From NCBI GenBank assembly GCA_040954595.2, contig CM082577.2, positions 496,001-560,000 on the forward strand: a stretch of 64,000 nucleotides of DNA. Direction: 5' to 3'. Position numbers and translations under genes: made by a program. Below, one piece after another: positions 52,601 to 63,862 of the stretch (the stretch's first letter is position 1; each line of letters starts with the position of its first letter). Source of the stretch: Balanoglossus misakiensis (Eukaryota > Animalia > Hemichordata). The notes under the pieces are model-generated. The model was not told where the DNA came from. It saw only the letters and a list, made by a program, of their open reading frames with translations, and did no database searches.

Positions 52601-55600
52601 ACGTCCACCCAGAAGCAACTTCACCCGTGTGCAGAGAGCTACGTGTTGTCTGTCGCTTCTCTTCTGCACAATGATGGCGAACATCTATTTCTATAATGTA
52701 GACATCGGCGCTGGGGGCGCTTCACAGTCGTTCCAATTTGGTCCCATCAAATTGTCACTCGCTGAAATCTGCATCGGTGTGATCAGCTCATTGATGATCT
52801 TTCCCGCCAATTTACTGGTCGTGCAGATATTCCGGAACTCTGCCGAACCGCCTCCGGGAATGTGGCCCTGTGGCTGTTGCTGCAGAAAGAAAGAAAAAGA
52901 AGAGGAGGTCAAGAAAACGGTGGAAGAGATCGAAGATGACAAAAGGGACAGAATGAACGAAAAGGTGGAGTCTGAGCTGCAGAAGCAGTTAGAATATCTG
53001 GAAACCGGAGACGATAGCAAACGACTTCTTCAGTCAGCAATGTCACGCATGAGCACAAGAACCCCAACGAGCGACCGTCCGACCAGCCGGCTAAGTGTCA
53101 GCAGTACTCTGTCTGCCGGATTTGCAAACGTCGACCTTGCCCGGAAGGGATCCAAAGACACAATCAAAGAGGAAGACGAAAGCAGCGAGGGAGGAGAGAA
53201 AGACGACAAAGCCGATGGGGAGATGAAACTAGTGGCAGGATTCAAGAAAACAAAGAAAAAGAAGAAAGACAAGAAATTGCCATGGCAAGCGCTGTATGTG
53301 GGTTGGACCTTTGCTTTCTTGACAGTAGCGGCGTCATTTTACCAGACCATCGAAGTTGCGGGGACATTTGGCAAAGAGAAGGCCACTGAGTGGTTGACAT
53401 CCATGGTTATATCTCTCTTCCAGGACATTCTGTTTTCCCAACCAATCAAAGTAAGTACAATATACCATTTCCCGAAATCCACGAGACCCTGCGAGACTTT
53501 GCGTGGTTGAGCAGTTTATATGGGAGAACATTATCATGTTACAGAACTCTTCACCTATTCCAGTTTCATGATTCAAGCCTTGACTTACATTCCTTGGCTT
53601 GCAACCAGTTGCTAGGGCATTAACAGATTCTCGCGAGATCTCAAAATCGACTGTCACGAAAATTACTCAATGTGTTGTATAGAACAATGCCTTTGTCTCT
53701 TCAAATACATTAGCTTTCTTATTTTTCATTCCCCTTGTTTCACATGACATGTCTTGTAACCATTGTACCTCATCTGTCCTTTCTTTTACCGTTTCAGGTG
53801 TTATGTCTTGCCATGTTCTATGCCTTGGTCATCAAAAAACCTGACGATGAAGAAGAGGAACCCAAGACGGCACATTTGGCCGGCGACGAAGAATGGCTGC
53901 ACGACAGAATTTCAGAAGAGGATCTCAACGACCCTGAGAAATTAGCCAAGTTGGAGGAACAGAAAGCATTATCACCGATCAAACCACCGGACACTGACGA
54001 AATAGAAGAAGCAAGAGAACTGAGGTGGGTTACACTTGCAACAATTCTCTGATCCTCCATTACAAGGAGAATTGAAAGTATTCGGGAAGCATTTTGCGTA
54101 TTCCATTTTGAACCTCACGTATTTCTTTGCTTTTGTTTTCTCACACAGATTCAAAGAGATCAAGATGTATAAAGTTCTGAGAGAAATCCTTGTGTATATG
54201 ATCTATTTGTACGTGTTGATGATTATCACTTACGGAGCCAGGGATACCAGTGCTTATCTCGTTCGAAAGTCCGTCTCGAATACATTTGAGCACGCGACGC
54301 ATAACGGCATACGATCATTGGAATCGGTATGTGTATCCACATCAATCAATGATAGATTTCGTTACAGAGCTTTAATAGTCTTTATAAGAGCTCATAGTGT
54401 ATAGTCATATTCTTCAGTAGTTTGGAGTTTGTGCGTTAAAACTTTTGCCCACAAGATCACACAGTAGTGCTTCTTCCAGATTCTGGTTTGAAAGTTTAAA
54501 AAATATTATTTGGAGACACCCTACCTTTACCTGTGAAAACTTTTAGTGCTTGTCAGTATGTCGTGTCCATAGTTATAGTTTTTGTAATCTTGATTTTTGT
54601 AGGTTACATCACGTGAATATTTCTGGGATTACATGAAAACCGTGTTCGTACCAAGTCTATATGCAACCCCACTCTCCAATGGTCAACCAGACACAGACGG
54701 TTTGTCCAAAAAATACATTGCCGATGGAGGCTCGATTTTGATTGGGCAAGCAAGGCTCCGGCAATTGCGTGTTCTCCCAGGTACGTGTTGGATGCACAGT
54801 CACGAAATATGCAGACATTTTATCAGTTCAGACTTCCTCGTATAAGTCACCATGGTGAGAGGTGATCCAGAGCCGTGTCGATACACTTCGGCCAAACAAA
54901 CCGCAAACATTAATACCGGTAGACTAGTAAACAGCTTACTTTCTCTTAAGATTTCATGGATTAAAGCAAACTGTCATATTATGTTCACCAAATCCGATGT
55001 TTCTCTGTGAATCGTTTTTGCACAGATTCATGCATTATTCACGAAATCATGGAAAACGATGTTCGTTTCTGTCGCGACGATTATGGTGTGATTGCTGAAG
55101 ACGTGGAGAACCACGAGGAGCGATGGCTGCCGGTTAACGAGTCAGGTAAGATAAAAACAGATGCGATCGAGAGTGAGGAGTTATGTCATATCAAAGTCAA
55201 AGAAAAGCTTAAACTTGGCATATAAACATTTCAATGGAAAACAAAATGTTTGCACCACATAAATATTGAATGTATACTAATGCGAGGACCAGGGATTGAA
55301 AATTTATACCTTCAGTGGACGTATATATCGTTGTGGCCTTTTAAATTATTTATTTATTTATTTATTTTTCATCGCCTAACAACAGCATTGCCTGACTACA
55401 CAAGACCTGAGATGGCAGTATGGCAGTACAGGACGTGGTGGGACTCAGACTCCTACCCATACTATGCAAGTTTTGGAGTGTACAGTGGTGGAGGGTACAT
55501 CGCCGAGTTGGGATTGACTCGGGATCAATCCATGGCAATGATTGACTATCTGCACGAAAATATGTGGGTGGATCAACATACACGAGGCGTGCTGTTGGAG

Positions 55601-57649
55601 TATACACTTTATAATCCCGTCACCAATATCTATGTAGTGTCGTTCTGTATGGTCGAGTTTATGCCTACCGGAGGTAAGTTGACAAGGGTTGTGTAAATCA
55701 CATTATAGTCATTCCTCCCGAAGTAGTGATATGCATGGGGATGTAGTGAATTGAATGCGTCTGACTGTCTCGTGCGATGTTTCAACCACAGTCCCTCTAT
55801 TACAGGGACCGTGATTTCAACCAATAAGATATCACTGCGAGTCTTTATGACTAACAAGCTTTTCGTACTTTACAGGCGCTCTTCCCTACAGAAAGTTCCA
55901 TACCATCACCCTGGATCGCTACTCGGGCCCATGGACCTACGTGGTGTTGGCTGGTGAAGCCGCCTTTGCCGCCTTCCTTCTCTTCTTCATGTACCGTGAA
56001 GGAAAGAATCTGAAGGCTCTCAGGAAGAAGTACTTCAAAGATTTTTGGAGCTACTTAGAAATCACCACCATCGCCCTCTCACTGACTTGCGTCATCTGTT
56101 ACTTATACCGTCTGTTGATCGGCAGACTCTTAATGAGCGACCACAGAGATGACAGAAATGCCTTCGTCAGTTTCCAGTATGTCTGCTACTGGGACGATGT
56201 AAGTAAGATTTTGCAGAATTTGAGTCAATGAACTAACTACACTATTCTGTTAGAATTTCACTCACATCAATAAGAATTTCAGTTGGAAACAACAAAATGT
56301 GAGTTTATCGTAAGGGAGGGTTCAAAAAGTGAACCTATGCGATTCCAGATTTCCTCTCATTTTGGGAGAGAATTCGACTGTTCAACCACACTCTCATTTT
56401 TGAAAATACTTTGCTCCTAAATGGCTTACCTCCCAAAGATAATCTTTCAAACCTTCATCTATGTATTTCACTCAACAGATGTACGGGACGTGTGCTGGTA
56501 CCCTTCTGTGGCTTGCCACTATCAAGTTCCTGAAATTGTTGCGATTCAACAAACGAATGCTGATGTTGTCCATGACAATCAAGGAGTTTGGATATGAGGT
56601 CTTCCTCTTTATGATTGTCTTCGGTGTCATCTTCTTCGCCTTTGCAAGTTTTGCGTTCCTGATGTTTGGCAACGCTTTGCTGGAATTCTCCACTTTTGTT
56701 GTGACCATCGAATCCCTCTTCTCCACTCTTCTGGGTAAGTGTTATTCATATCCCCTCATTCATATTGTCCATTGCTCACTCGCTCGCTTGCTACATCCAT
56801 TCATCCATTACACAAAGAGAAATCTCGTTGTGATCCATCCATCCATCCACCAAACCCACCCACTCACCCAACCAACCAACCAACCAACCAACCAACCAAC
56901 CAACCAACCAACCAACCAACCAACCAACCAACCAACCATCCAAATCAGCGACCCACCCACCCATCCATCTATGTCCGGATAACACCTTTCATCTCTCATT
57001 TTCAGGTAAATTCAACTTTGAAGACATGGTAAATGCCAATCGAATCCTTGGCCCCATTTTCTTCTTCCATTATGTCTTGGTCGTCATGTTTGTTCTGCTC
57101 AACATGTTCTTATCCATCATCAACGAGGGATTCTGTAAGGTCAAGGCTGAGAATGATAAAATGGAGAACGAACTTGAGCTTGTTGAATTCATGGTGGATC
57201 GTTTCAAACAATTTACTGGCATGGCTGAACCCCGCAACAGGAGACTAATGCCTACCTATAACTACGTTGAAGGTATGATTTCTAGACTTCTCATCCGTTT
57301 TGTTCTAATTATCGTGTTCTATCTAAAATGCTCTCATTATATGCGAATAATTTCACCGTCATAGTTTTGTCTTAGACTAGTAAAATATTCGGGTGCTTAA
57401 CCTACGAAAGTGGATTGTATTTCTACACTCATTAAGTAAAGTGGTATGTATCTGCTAACATTTTCTTTTTTCTGTTTTGTTTCCGTAGGAATCGATCCGG
57501 TGCAGATAGAATGCGATGAATTGAAAACCAAAATGGTGGACATGTTGGATCGTCTCAACGAATTCATCAGAACAGATAAGCGAGACAACAAACATCTGTA
57601 TGGCGACAGTCTGCCAGACGAAGCGCCCAGGAAAATTTACTTTTCGTGA
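36855..57649 (+). CDS. PKD1-like: Polycystin-1-like receptor/channel subunit, paralog B (multi-exon tandem duplicate)
   Basis: Start gccaaaATG at 36855. Exons 36855-36902 and 37223-37250 give the signal peptide [25 protein letters not shown]. Module exons 37465-37941 and 38169-38663, then WSC, PKD repeats (large exon 42717-45905), REJ, GPS ([22 protein letters not shown]), PLAT ([15 protein letters not shown]) and channel ([23 protein letters not shown]). Stop TGA at 57647-57649. Domain order and all intron positions and phases checked match paralog A. Confidence 0.92.
40627..40682. repeat. (CTGT)14 microsatellite, intronic
   Basis: Direct reading of the sequence. Confidence 0.95.
51244..51300. 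repeat. Imperfect (GAT/GGT)n trinucleotide tract, intronic
   Basis: Direct reading. It explains the spurious poly-M/V ORF start at 51259. Confidence 0.75.
56834..56970. repeat. Compound (CCAT)/(CCAC)/(CCAA)n microsatellite, intronic
   Basis: Perfect (CCAA)n core at about 56868-56938, flanked by degenerate CCAT/CCAC units. Confidence 0.95.
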
Positions 57650-58102
57650 ATATTTATACCACATAGGCGTTATTTTTACCTGTTGTTGTAAAATATTGAA
57701 ATCTTATATATTTATCAGTGAAATAGAATTTAAATATGTGAATTTGCTTTTACGTTTATTCATGACACATTATATATTTGCTGGTAAAACGAAGACTAGA
57801 ATTATACGCGTCTAATGACATCATTATCATAAAGCATCATGATTTTATTCCCACATTTGCGAGCTAAAAAGACCTTATGGTTAAAAAAACATAGTTTTTT
57901 TTCTGGAAGCGCACTTTCCGTGAAGAGCAGGCATTTAAATCGCATTGACGGCAGAATGTTATTTTATGCGCACGATTGAAACCATTTCATCATGTGACTG
58001 TTCTTGATTTTGAAGTATTACGACCTGCGAAGTTACCGATGTAGATGTGTCTGCTTTGTAACATTATAAAACAACATTATATTGTCTTGGTTTTTGAATT
58101 TC

Positions 58103-58108
58103 AATAAA
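58103..58108 (+). other. Candidate polyadenylation signal of PKD1-like paralog B
   Basis: AATAAA about 455 nt after the stop, followed by GT/T-rich sequence. Confidence 0.5.
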
Positions 58109-58514
58109 ACTGTGTGCTTTACCCCTTGAAGTTGAACCGGTTTCTTTCCGCAGTCACGTGTTTTTTTTTTTCACAGGAGCTTACCCTCCCCGGGCCTTTA
58201 CATTCTTTAGAGTAAAATATCAACAGATATAGGTCACGCAGATACCGTTGAGTTCTAAAATTGGAAATTTAGGAGCCTATGTCTTGGAATTTTGTATGTT
58301 TACAACACGAACGCAGCATCTATGCATGTATCTGGCGAAAGTGTCCAAGGGCAACAGGTCAAAGGTCATGCGTTATGTCATGTGACCCAGAAGGACTTCA
58401 CAACATCCGCCATAGTGAACGTAAAATGTCGTTGGTTGTGAAAACAGGATCAGCCAGGGTCTGCTAAAGTGGTTGTACACCAAGATATCTAACTGGGCCA
58501 TCAAATCTACCTAG

Positions 58515-59888
58515 ATGAATGATATGGCTGCAACACTTTTGCTACTCCACCAGTTAGGTCGATCGAGGCGACAGAGGGGAAACGTTCGCGATGACAACAT
58601 TGCAGGCAGAGACTCGCTCGCAAATACGCCATTATGTGCAGAGGACGGTGCGTGTATTCGACGATTCCCAAGTTGTGCGAAATTCACATGTTCGAGTCTG
58701 GTGTATGCTTTTATCGGTGTGGCAACGGTTGTGCTGTTATCTGTGTCCACAGCAAGTACCATCTCGGCCAGATATGTTGATTTTGACAGACGCTCGCTTT
58801 CACTTTCGCCAGGAGATTGCAAGGAGATTCGGGATGGTTTCTCCCACACTTTTTGCAGGTCAGTACGGTTGAATTCTGACTTGTCAACTTCTTTCAGCGC
58901 TTACCTTCTCGAAGATCATAACAAAGAACCAGCAATTTCTGAGATGACGAACATGTATATGCAGAGTGAAGTGATAACTTTGAAACAGGGGGAATATTTT
59001 CAGTGGAAAGCTCATCTCTTGCAACATTCGTCAGTCACAGTCGAGACTACTGCAAATCCCCGTACGCGTTGTGAAAGGCTTGGCTTCTATATAGTTAAAG
59101 AAAGCGACCTAAATTCGGTGATCAGTGACGAGGGTTGTAAGACAGCAACATGCTTCGTTGAAAACACGTCGCCTTGTCGTTCACCAATCGAATTTGACGT
59201 TCATCAGTCGTCAGACTATGTGTTCGTGTACAAGAACTCCCAAGCCGACGACTTGAGCTTGTACATTAATGTAACATGGCAGCGGAGATCTTACAAACTT
59301 CAGAATGTTGGTAATGAATGTCACAATGGTGGATGTGATGACGATATTTGTTACAGAGGTGAATGTATCCTGGCTGTGCCAGAATCTACACACCTGGTCA
59401 TTGTCGTTCCCCACACCAGAAATTCGTCCTTCCTTGACACGATAGACATCGAGCTCACGTGTGAACCACAGGTACTCTCCTACATCATAATGTTTGCCAC
59501 TGTGCCACTTGTTGGCTTTGCCATTCTCCTCCCTCTGGGATTCATCATCATCCATATTGCTCGAAGAATCAGTCCACTGAAAGAATCTCAACGACAAGTC
59601 GATGACTTCAACAGCAGTGGCCGATGTGTGGCTTCAGATGGAAGCATTAACACCAGTACTGCAGCACAGGTAGAAATTCGTCTCTGCCCTCCTCCATACG
59701 ATGGTAATCGACCCCCTCCTCCTTACGACAGCATCAGTCCACCGACTGGAGATGGTCAAATGGGAGAGACAGCAAACACAAGAGGTGAGGAACAGCAAGC
59801 ACCAGAAGTTGAGGAATTACCAGAAAACCCGCCATCTTACAGTGAGAGTGGGAGAGATTTCCCAGTTGCCCTTGCAGCACCAACATGA
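58515..59888 (+). CDS. Intronless 457-aa two-pass membrane protein with an APD1-4 N/middle-like (DUF4792/DUF4793-like) luminal region and a PPxY-containing tail
   Basis: Long uninterrupted ORF. Hydrophobic segments LVYAFIGVATVVLLSV and YIIMFATVPLVGFAILLPLGFIIIHI flank a Cys-rich region containing LSPGD..FSHTFC and LKQGEYFQWKAHLLQHSSV, which I recall as APD1-4-like. The tail has PPPY, PPPY and PPSY. The family call is from memory and the true start codon is uncertain. Confidence 0.7.
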   Translation: MNDMAATLLLLHQLGRSRRQRGNVRDDNIAGRDSLANTPLCAEDGACIRRFPSCAKFTCSSLVYAFIGVATVVLLSVSTASTISARYVDFDRRSLSLSPGDCKEIRDGFSHTFCRSVRLNSDLSTSFSAYLLEDHNKEPAISEMTNMYMQSEVITLKQGEYFQWKAHLLQHSSVTVETTANPRTRCERLGFYIVKESDLNSVISDEGCKTATCFVENTSPCRSPIEFDVHQSSDYVFVYKNSQADDLSLYINVTWQRRSYKLQNVGNECHNGGCDDDICYRGECILAVPESTHLVIVVPHTRNSSFLDTIDIELTCEPQVLSYIIMFATVPLVGFAILLPLGFIIIHIARRISPLKESQRQVDDFNSSGRCVASDGSINTSTAAQVEIRLCPPPYDGNRPPPPYDSISPPTGDGQMGETANTRGEEQQAPEVEELPENPPSYSESGRDFPVALAAPT

Positions 59889-60458
59889 TCATGTGATGCC
59901 AATGGTGACAGACAATGACAACAAACAATTGATAAAATCAATTGCCTTTTCCTTGTATATATATATTGGCTTACTAGGTAAAGACCACAAATAACGATAG
60001 ATTTCTACTTCAGATTGGGTTTATCCTTAACCATTTCAGCTGGATGCTGTAATGAATATTTGCATTCTAACCAAAATTTAAATGTTGACGTTCATGTACA
60101 ACAAAAAATAATTTACTTACATTTAATTATCAAAAACAACACATACATAAATTATTTACAGACTAAAATGGCTTAGATTCTCATGTCAACACATTCTCAG
60201 CCTCTCATTCAGGTGACATTTTGCAAAAAGAAATGCACAATTTTTTTGAGTTTGCTTTTATTTAATTTTTTTTGTGATAACATATACTAGCAAAACTGGC
60301 AATGTTCTCTTTGTAAACATACTGCAATATTGACTGTTAGGAACAACTTTTTGGCATTTGCTTTCATCTTACATAAATATTTCTTGTTGAAGACTGCCAT
60401 TTATTTATGTGTTTTGGTAATCTTGTTATGGTTCTTTGTCTACTGAAATTAAGCTCAC

Positions 60459-60662
60459 TTGATCGATGAATCAACCAAAATATACATAAATGAACATCTA
60501 ACACAACAAAGAAGATCACTATTCGGTAAGGCTAACGAGAAAAGAAAACAAAGACAATGGAAATTCCTGTGGACTCAAAATGGCAAAATCTTGGCCCGTA
60601 AAGACATAAGTACGCCAGTTGTAAATATTAACTGTGTAAGCGATATATCAAAAATTAACTGA
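60459..60662 (+). pseudogene. LINE ORF1 C-terminal remnant (FP-protein/ORF1p C-terminal-like)
   Basis: KIYINEHLT..RRSLF..WKFLWTQNGKILARK is typical of the ORF1 C-terminus in CR1/L2-type elements. The upstream part and start codon are missing. Confidence 0.8.
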
Positions 60663-60680
60663 TTTCCCATATATTGCTTC

Positions 60681-63632
60681 ATGCCAAACTCAGTAAATGA
60701 CATAGATGATGACATTTTCACAGTTACAAATCATATACTAGAACCGTCAACATTTAATGATAAATTTAGCTCTAGATCCAGCCATTCTTTCTCAGTATCT
60801 CATATTAATGCAAGATCTCTCTGTAATAGTATAGACGATGTACGTCTCCTGTACAATGAATGTATCACCAGTCCTTTTCACATTATTGGTGTTTCAGAAA
60901 CCTGGCAAATCAACAATCCAACTTTTTTTAATTTGCCAAATTACTCTTTTGAGTTAAATAGCAGAAACATCGGTCGGGGTGGCGGGGTAGGGGCATATAT
61001 TCATTGTTCTCTTAAATACAAACTGTTAAACTTTAATGTGGTTCATTCTGAATCACTATGGTTTGAAATATGCGGGTTAAAGAATCGCATAGTTGTCGGT
61101 GTGTTATATCGCAAACCAGGAACTAGTGTCACAGAGTTTGAAGACAGTCTTTTTAATGTTCTTTGTTCTTTGAAACTGGATAAAAAACATTGTATTCTTA
61201 TGGGTGACTTTAATATTGATGTGTCAAGTCCAGATTCAAGTGCTCGGGATTTTATACCAAGGATGCAATGTCTTCATCTAGAACAGTTAATCTCCTCCCC
61301 AACCCGTATTACAAGTACTTCCAAGTCGACCATTGATCATATTTATTCCAATATTAGCTCTTGTCACATTGATGCTGGTACAATTATTGCTGATATTTCA
61401 GATCACTTACCTATTTTCTCTATTTTCAACAACTTCAATGTCCACACGCCATTTGTACGGTCAGTTTGTACAAGGAATTTCAGGCGCTATAACTCTGCTC
61501 GTTTTATTTCTGATTTAATTAATGTTAACTGGAACGTTGTTATGCATAACAATAGCTGTGTAAACACTGCTTTTGACACCTTCAGCAATTTGTTCAGCCA
61601 GGTGTGTGACCATCATGCTCCACTCGAGGTTAAAACTATTAAGGCCAAGTGTAACAAAAATCCCTGGATTACCAAAGCTATTAAGAAGTCAATTCGCACC
61701 AAGCGCAAACTATATGCTAAAGTTGTCACCACACAACATGAACCAAGTGCTGTTGCGCGCTACACAACCTACAGAAATATTCTTACAAGTGTTTTAAGAA
61801 AAGCCAAAAGGGTGTATTATGCTAATTTATTCACTGTAAACAACAATGGTAAAGTGTGGAATGTTGTAAATGAGTTGCTTGGTAAAAACACTACTTTAGA
61901 TAAAGCACCAGATCAGTTAAAGGTTAATGTAAATGGGATTGAAAGCTTGGTAGATAAGCCAGCCGATATGGCTAAGTGTTTTAATGACTTCTTTGTACAT
62001 GTGGGTCAAAATCTGGCAAAACACATTCCAAAAACCACAAAAGATTTTAAAAATTATATGAATGATCCTATGCCAAACTCTTTTTTTCTCCATCCTGTTA
62101 CGGTTGCTGAGATAAAAGAGATTTTGGTGCATCTTGACAGTAAAAAGGCCAGTGGGTGGGATAATATTCCCCCAAGACTCCTAATTGATGCAGCTGATGT
62201 TATTGCTCAACCTTTGACCCACATCATAAATATGTCTTTCTGTACCGGTGTCTTCCCAAATTCCTTAAAAGTCGCTAAGGTTAAACCTATCTTCAAGAAA
62301 GGAGAACAGAACATTGTTGGGAACTACAGACCCATCGCCATTTTATCAATGTTCAGTAAAGTGATAGAAAAAGTGGTAAACAAACAAGTGATTACTTACC
62401 TTGATAAATATAATATTTTATATAAGCATCAGTATGGCTTTAGAAAGAACCATAGCACCAAGCACACTTTGATTAACTTAGTTAACCACTTGTTAAAAGA
62501 AATTGATAAGGGGAATTCCACACTGGGGGTGTTTATTGACTTCAGCAAAGCTTTCGATACCATTCACCATGCCACTTTATTGTCCAAGCTTGAACATTAC
62601 GGGTTTAGGGGCCCCTGCCAGCATTGGTTTAACAGCTACCTCACAGACCGCTCACAGTATGTCACATTAACCAGTCATGTTTCAGAAAAGTCCTTGATCC
62701 ACAATGGAGTCCCACAGGGATCAGTTTTGGGCCCAACCCTTTTCCTTATTTATATCAATGACCTTCCAAATTCTTCTACATTTTTTGATTTCCGTTTATT
62801 TGCTGACGACTCCAATCTCTTCCATTCCTTCTCAGGTGCAGATAGTATTAACTTGACTTATATATCCTCTTATTTAAATGATGTTCAGCAATGGTGCAAT
62901 GCCAACAAACTAACAATTAATAGGGCCAAGACTCACTTTATTATTTTTAGGGGTCGGCAGAAAAAACTTGATGTTCTTGGGTCATTGCAAATCCAGAATG
63001 AAGAAATCAAAGAGGTTGATGTGATACCATTTGTTGGGGTTTTATTGGACAAGCATCTGTCATGGTCACATCAAATTAACAAAATAAATAATCTCATTAG
63101 GAAGCACTGTGGAATTTTATACAAGATTAGAAATATTTTACCACTCCATATCAGAATTTTATATTACAACGCCTTCATACTCCCTCATGTTACATATGGT
63201 CTTGAGGTTTGGGGCAATACTTACCCCACAAAGTTACATTGTATCCAAGTTGCCCAAAAAACAATTGTACGTATAATGCTTTTCAAATCACACATGGACC
63301 ATTCTTCTCCTCTCTTTAATCAACTGAATATTTTGGATATTACCAAGCTTCACAGTTATTTACTAGGTTCCTTCATTTATTCTTTATATCACCAGAAATC
63401 TCCACATTCACTTTCAGATTATTTTAACACAACAAGTCATGAGCATAATACCAGAATTTGGTTACATCACTATCTACGCCCGTTTCACGCCAAAACAAAC
63501 TCAGGCCAGTTCTCGATATCACATACTGGAGCAAAAATCTGGAACGATATTCCTCCACAAATTAAGTCTTCAAATACTTTATGCCAATTTCGTAGGACAT
63601 TTAAACAACACCTCTTAAACCAGTACAAATGA
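60681..63632 (+). CDS. LINE ORF2: AP-type endonuclease plus reverse transcriptase (983 aa, uninterrupted)
   Basis: Endonuclease motifs HINARS, GVSETW, GGGVG, LYRKP, GDFN, TIDHI, SDHLPI. RT motifs YRPIAIL, QYGFRK, FIDFSKAFDTI, GVPQGSVLGPTLFLIYINDL, FADDS. Confidence 0.97.
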   Translation: MPNSVNDIDDDIFTVTNHILEPSTFNDKFSSRSSHSFSVSHINARSLCNSIDDVRLLYNECITSPFHIIGVSETWQINNPTFFNLPNYSFELNSRNIGRGGGVGAYIHCSLKYKLLNFNVVHSESLWFEICGLKNRIVVGVLYRKPGTSVTEFEDSLFNVLCSLKLDKKHCILMGDFNIDVSSPDSSARDFIPRMQCLHLEQLISSPTRITSTSKSTIDHIYSNISSCHIDAGTIIADISDHLPIFSIFNNFNVHTPFVRSVCTRNFRRYNSARFISDLINVNWNVVMHNNSCVNTAFDTFSNLFSQVCDHHAPLEVKTIKAKCNKNPWITKAIKKSIRTKRKLYAKVVTTQHEPSAVARYTTYRNILTSVLRKAKRVYYANLFTVNNNGKVWNVVNELLGKNTTLDKAPDQLKVNVNGIESLVDKPADMAKCFNDFFVHVGQNLAKHIPKTTKDFKNYMNDPMPNSFFLHPVTVAEIKEILVHLDSKKASGWDNIPPRLLIDAADVIAQPLTHIINMSFCTGVFPNSLKVAKVKPIFKKGEQNIVGNYRPIAILSMFSKVIEKVVNKQVITYLDKYNILYKHQYGFRKNHSTKHTLINLVNHLLKEIDKGNSTLGVFIDFSKAFDTIHHATLLSKLEHYGFRGPCQHWFNSYLTDRSQYVTLTSHVSEKSLIHNGVPQGSVLGPTLFLIYINDLPNSSTFFDFRLFADDSNLFHSFSGADSINLTYISSYLNDVQQWCNANKLTINRAKTHFIIFRGRQKKLDVLGSLQIQNEEIKEVDVIPFVGVLLDKHLSWSHQINKINNLIRKHCGILYKIRNILPLHIRILYYNAFILPHVTYGLEVWGNTYPTKLHCIQVAQKTIVRIMLFKSHMDHSSPLFNQLNILDITKLHSYLLGSFIYSLYHQKSPHSLSDYFNTTSHEHNTRIWLHHYLRPFHAKTNSGQFSISHTGAKIWNDIPPQIKSSNTLCQFRRTFKQHLLNQYK

Positions 63633-63822
63633 ATTTGTAATTTTCTTGATGTAGTATGATGCCGTTTTGTTTGTTTGTTTGTGATTGTTGTTCCTTTCTT
63701 TTTTCCATTACCATTTGCAATGGATAACTTTACACTGTTGTAGTGAGATTGTACTTGAATCACGCTTCAAGCGTTCCCTCAACATTATCTTTTTTTTCTG
63801 TAACCAAGCAAGCTATATTGTA

Positions 63823-63862
63823 GGAGTACAGGCTAGACTAGCTGTGGCTATTTCCTGACTCC
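63823..63862 (+). other. LINE 3' UTR stem-loop
   Basis: GGAGT(A)CAGG (63823-63832) pairs with CCTGACTCC (63854-63862), with an inner TAGC/GCTA hairpin at 63839-63850. Confidence 0.6.

Noticed and set aside
20586-53272. Minus-strand ORFs of 100-160 aa inside the large polycystin exons
   Set aside because: They are expected antisense open frames opposite long coding exons, with no independent signal.
56739-57032. ORFs with QPTN or VGWL repeats
   Set aside because: These are translations of the intronic (CCAA)n microsatellite.
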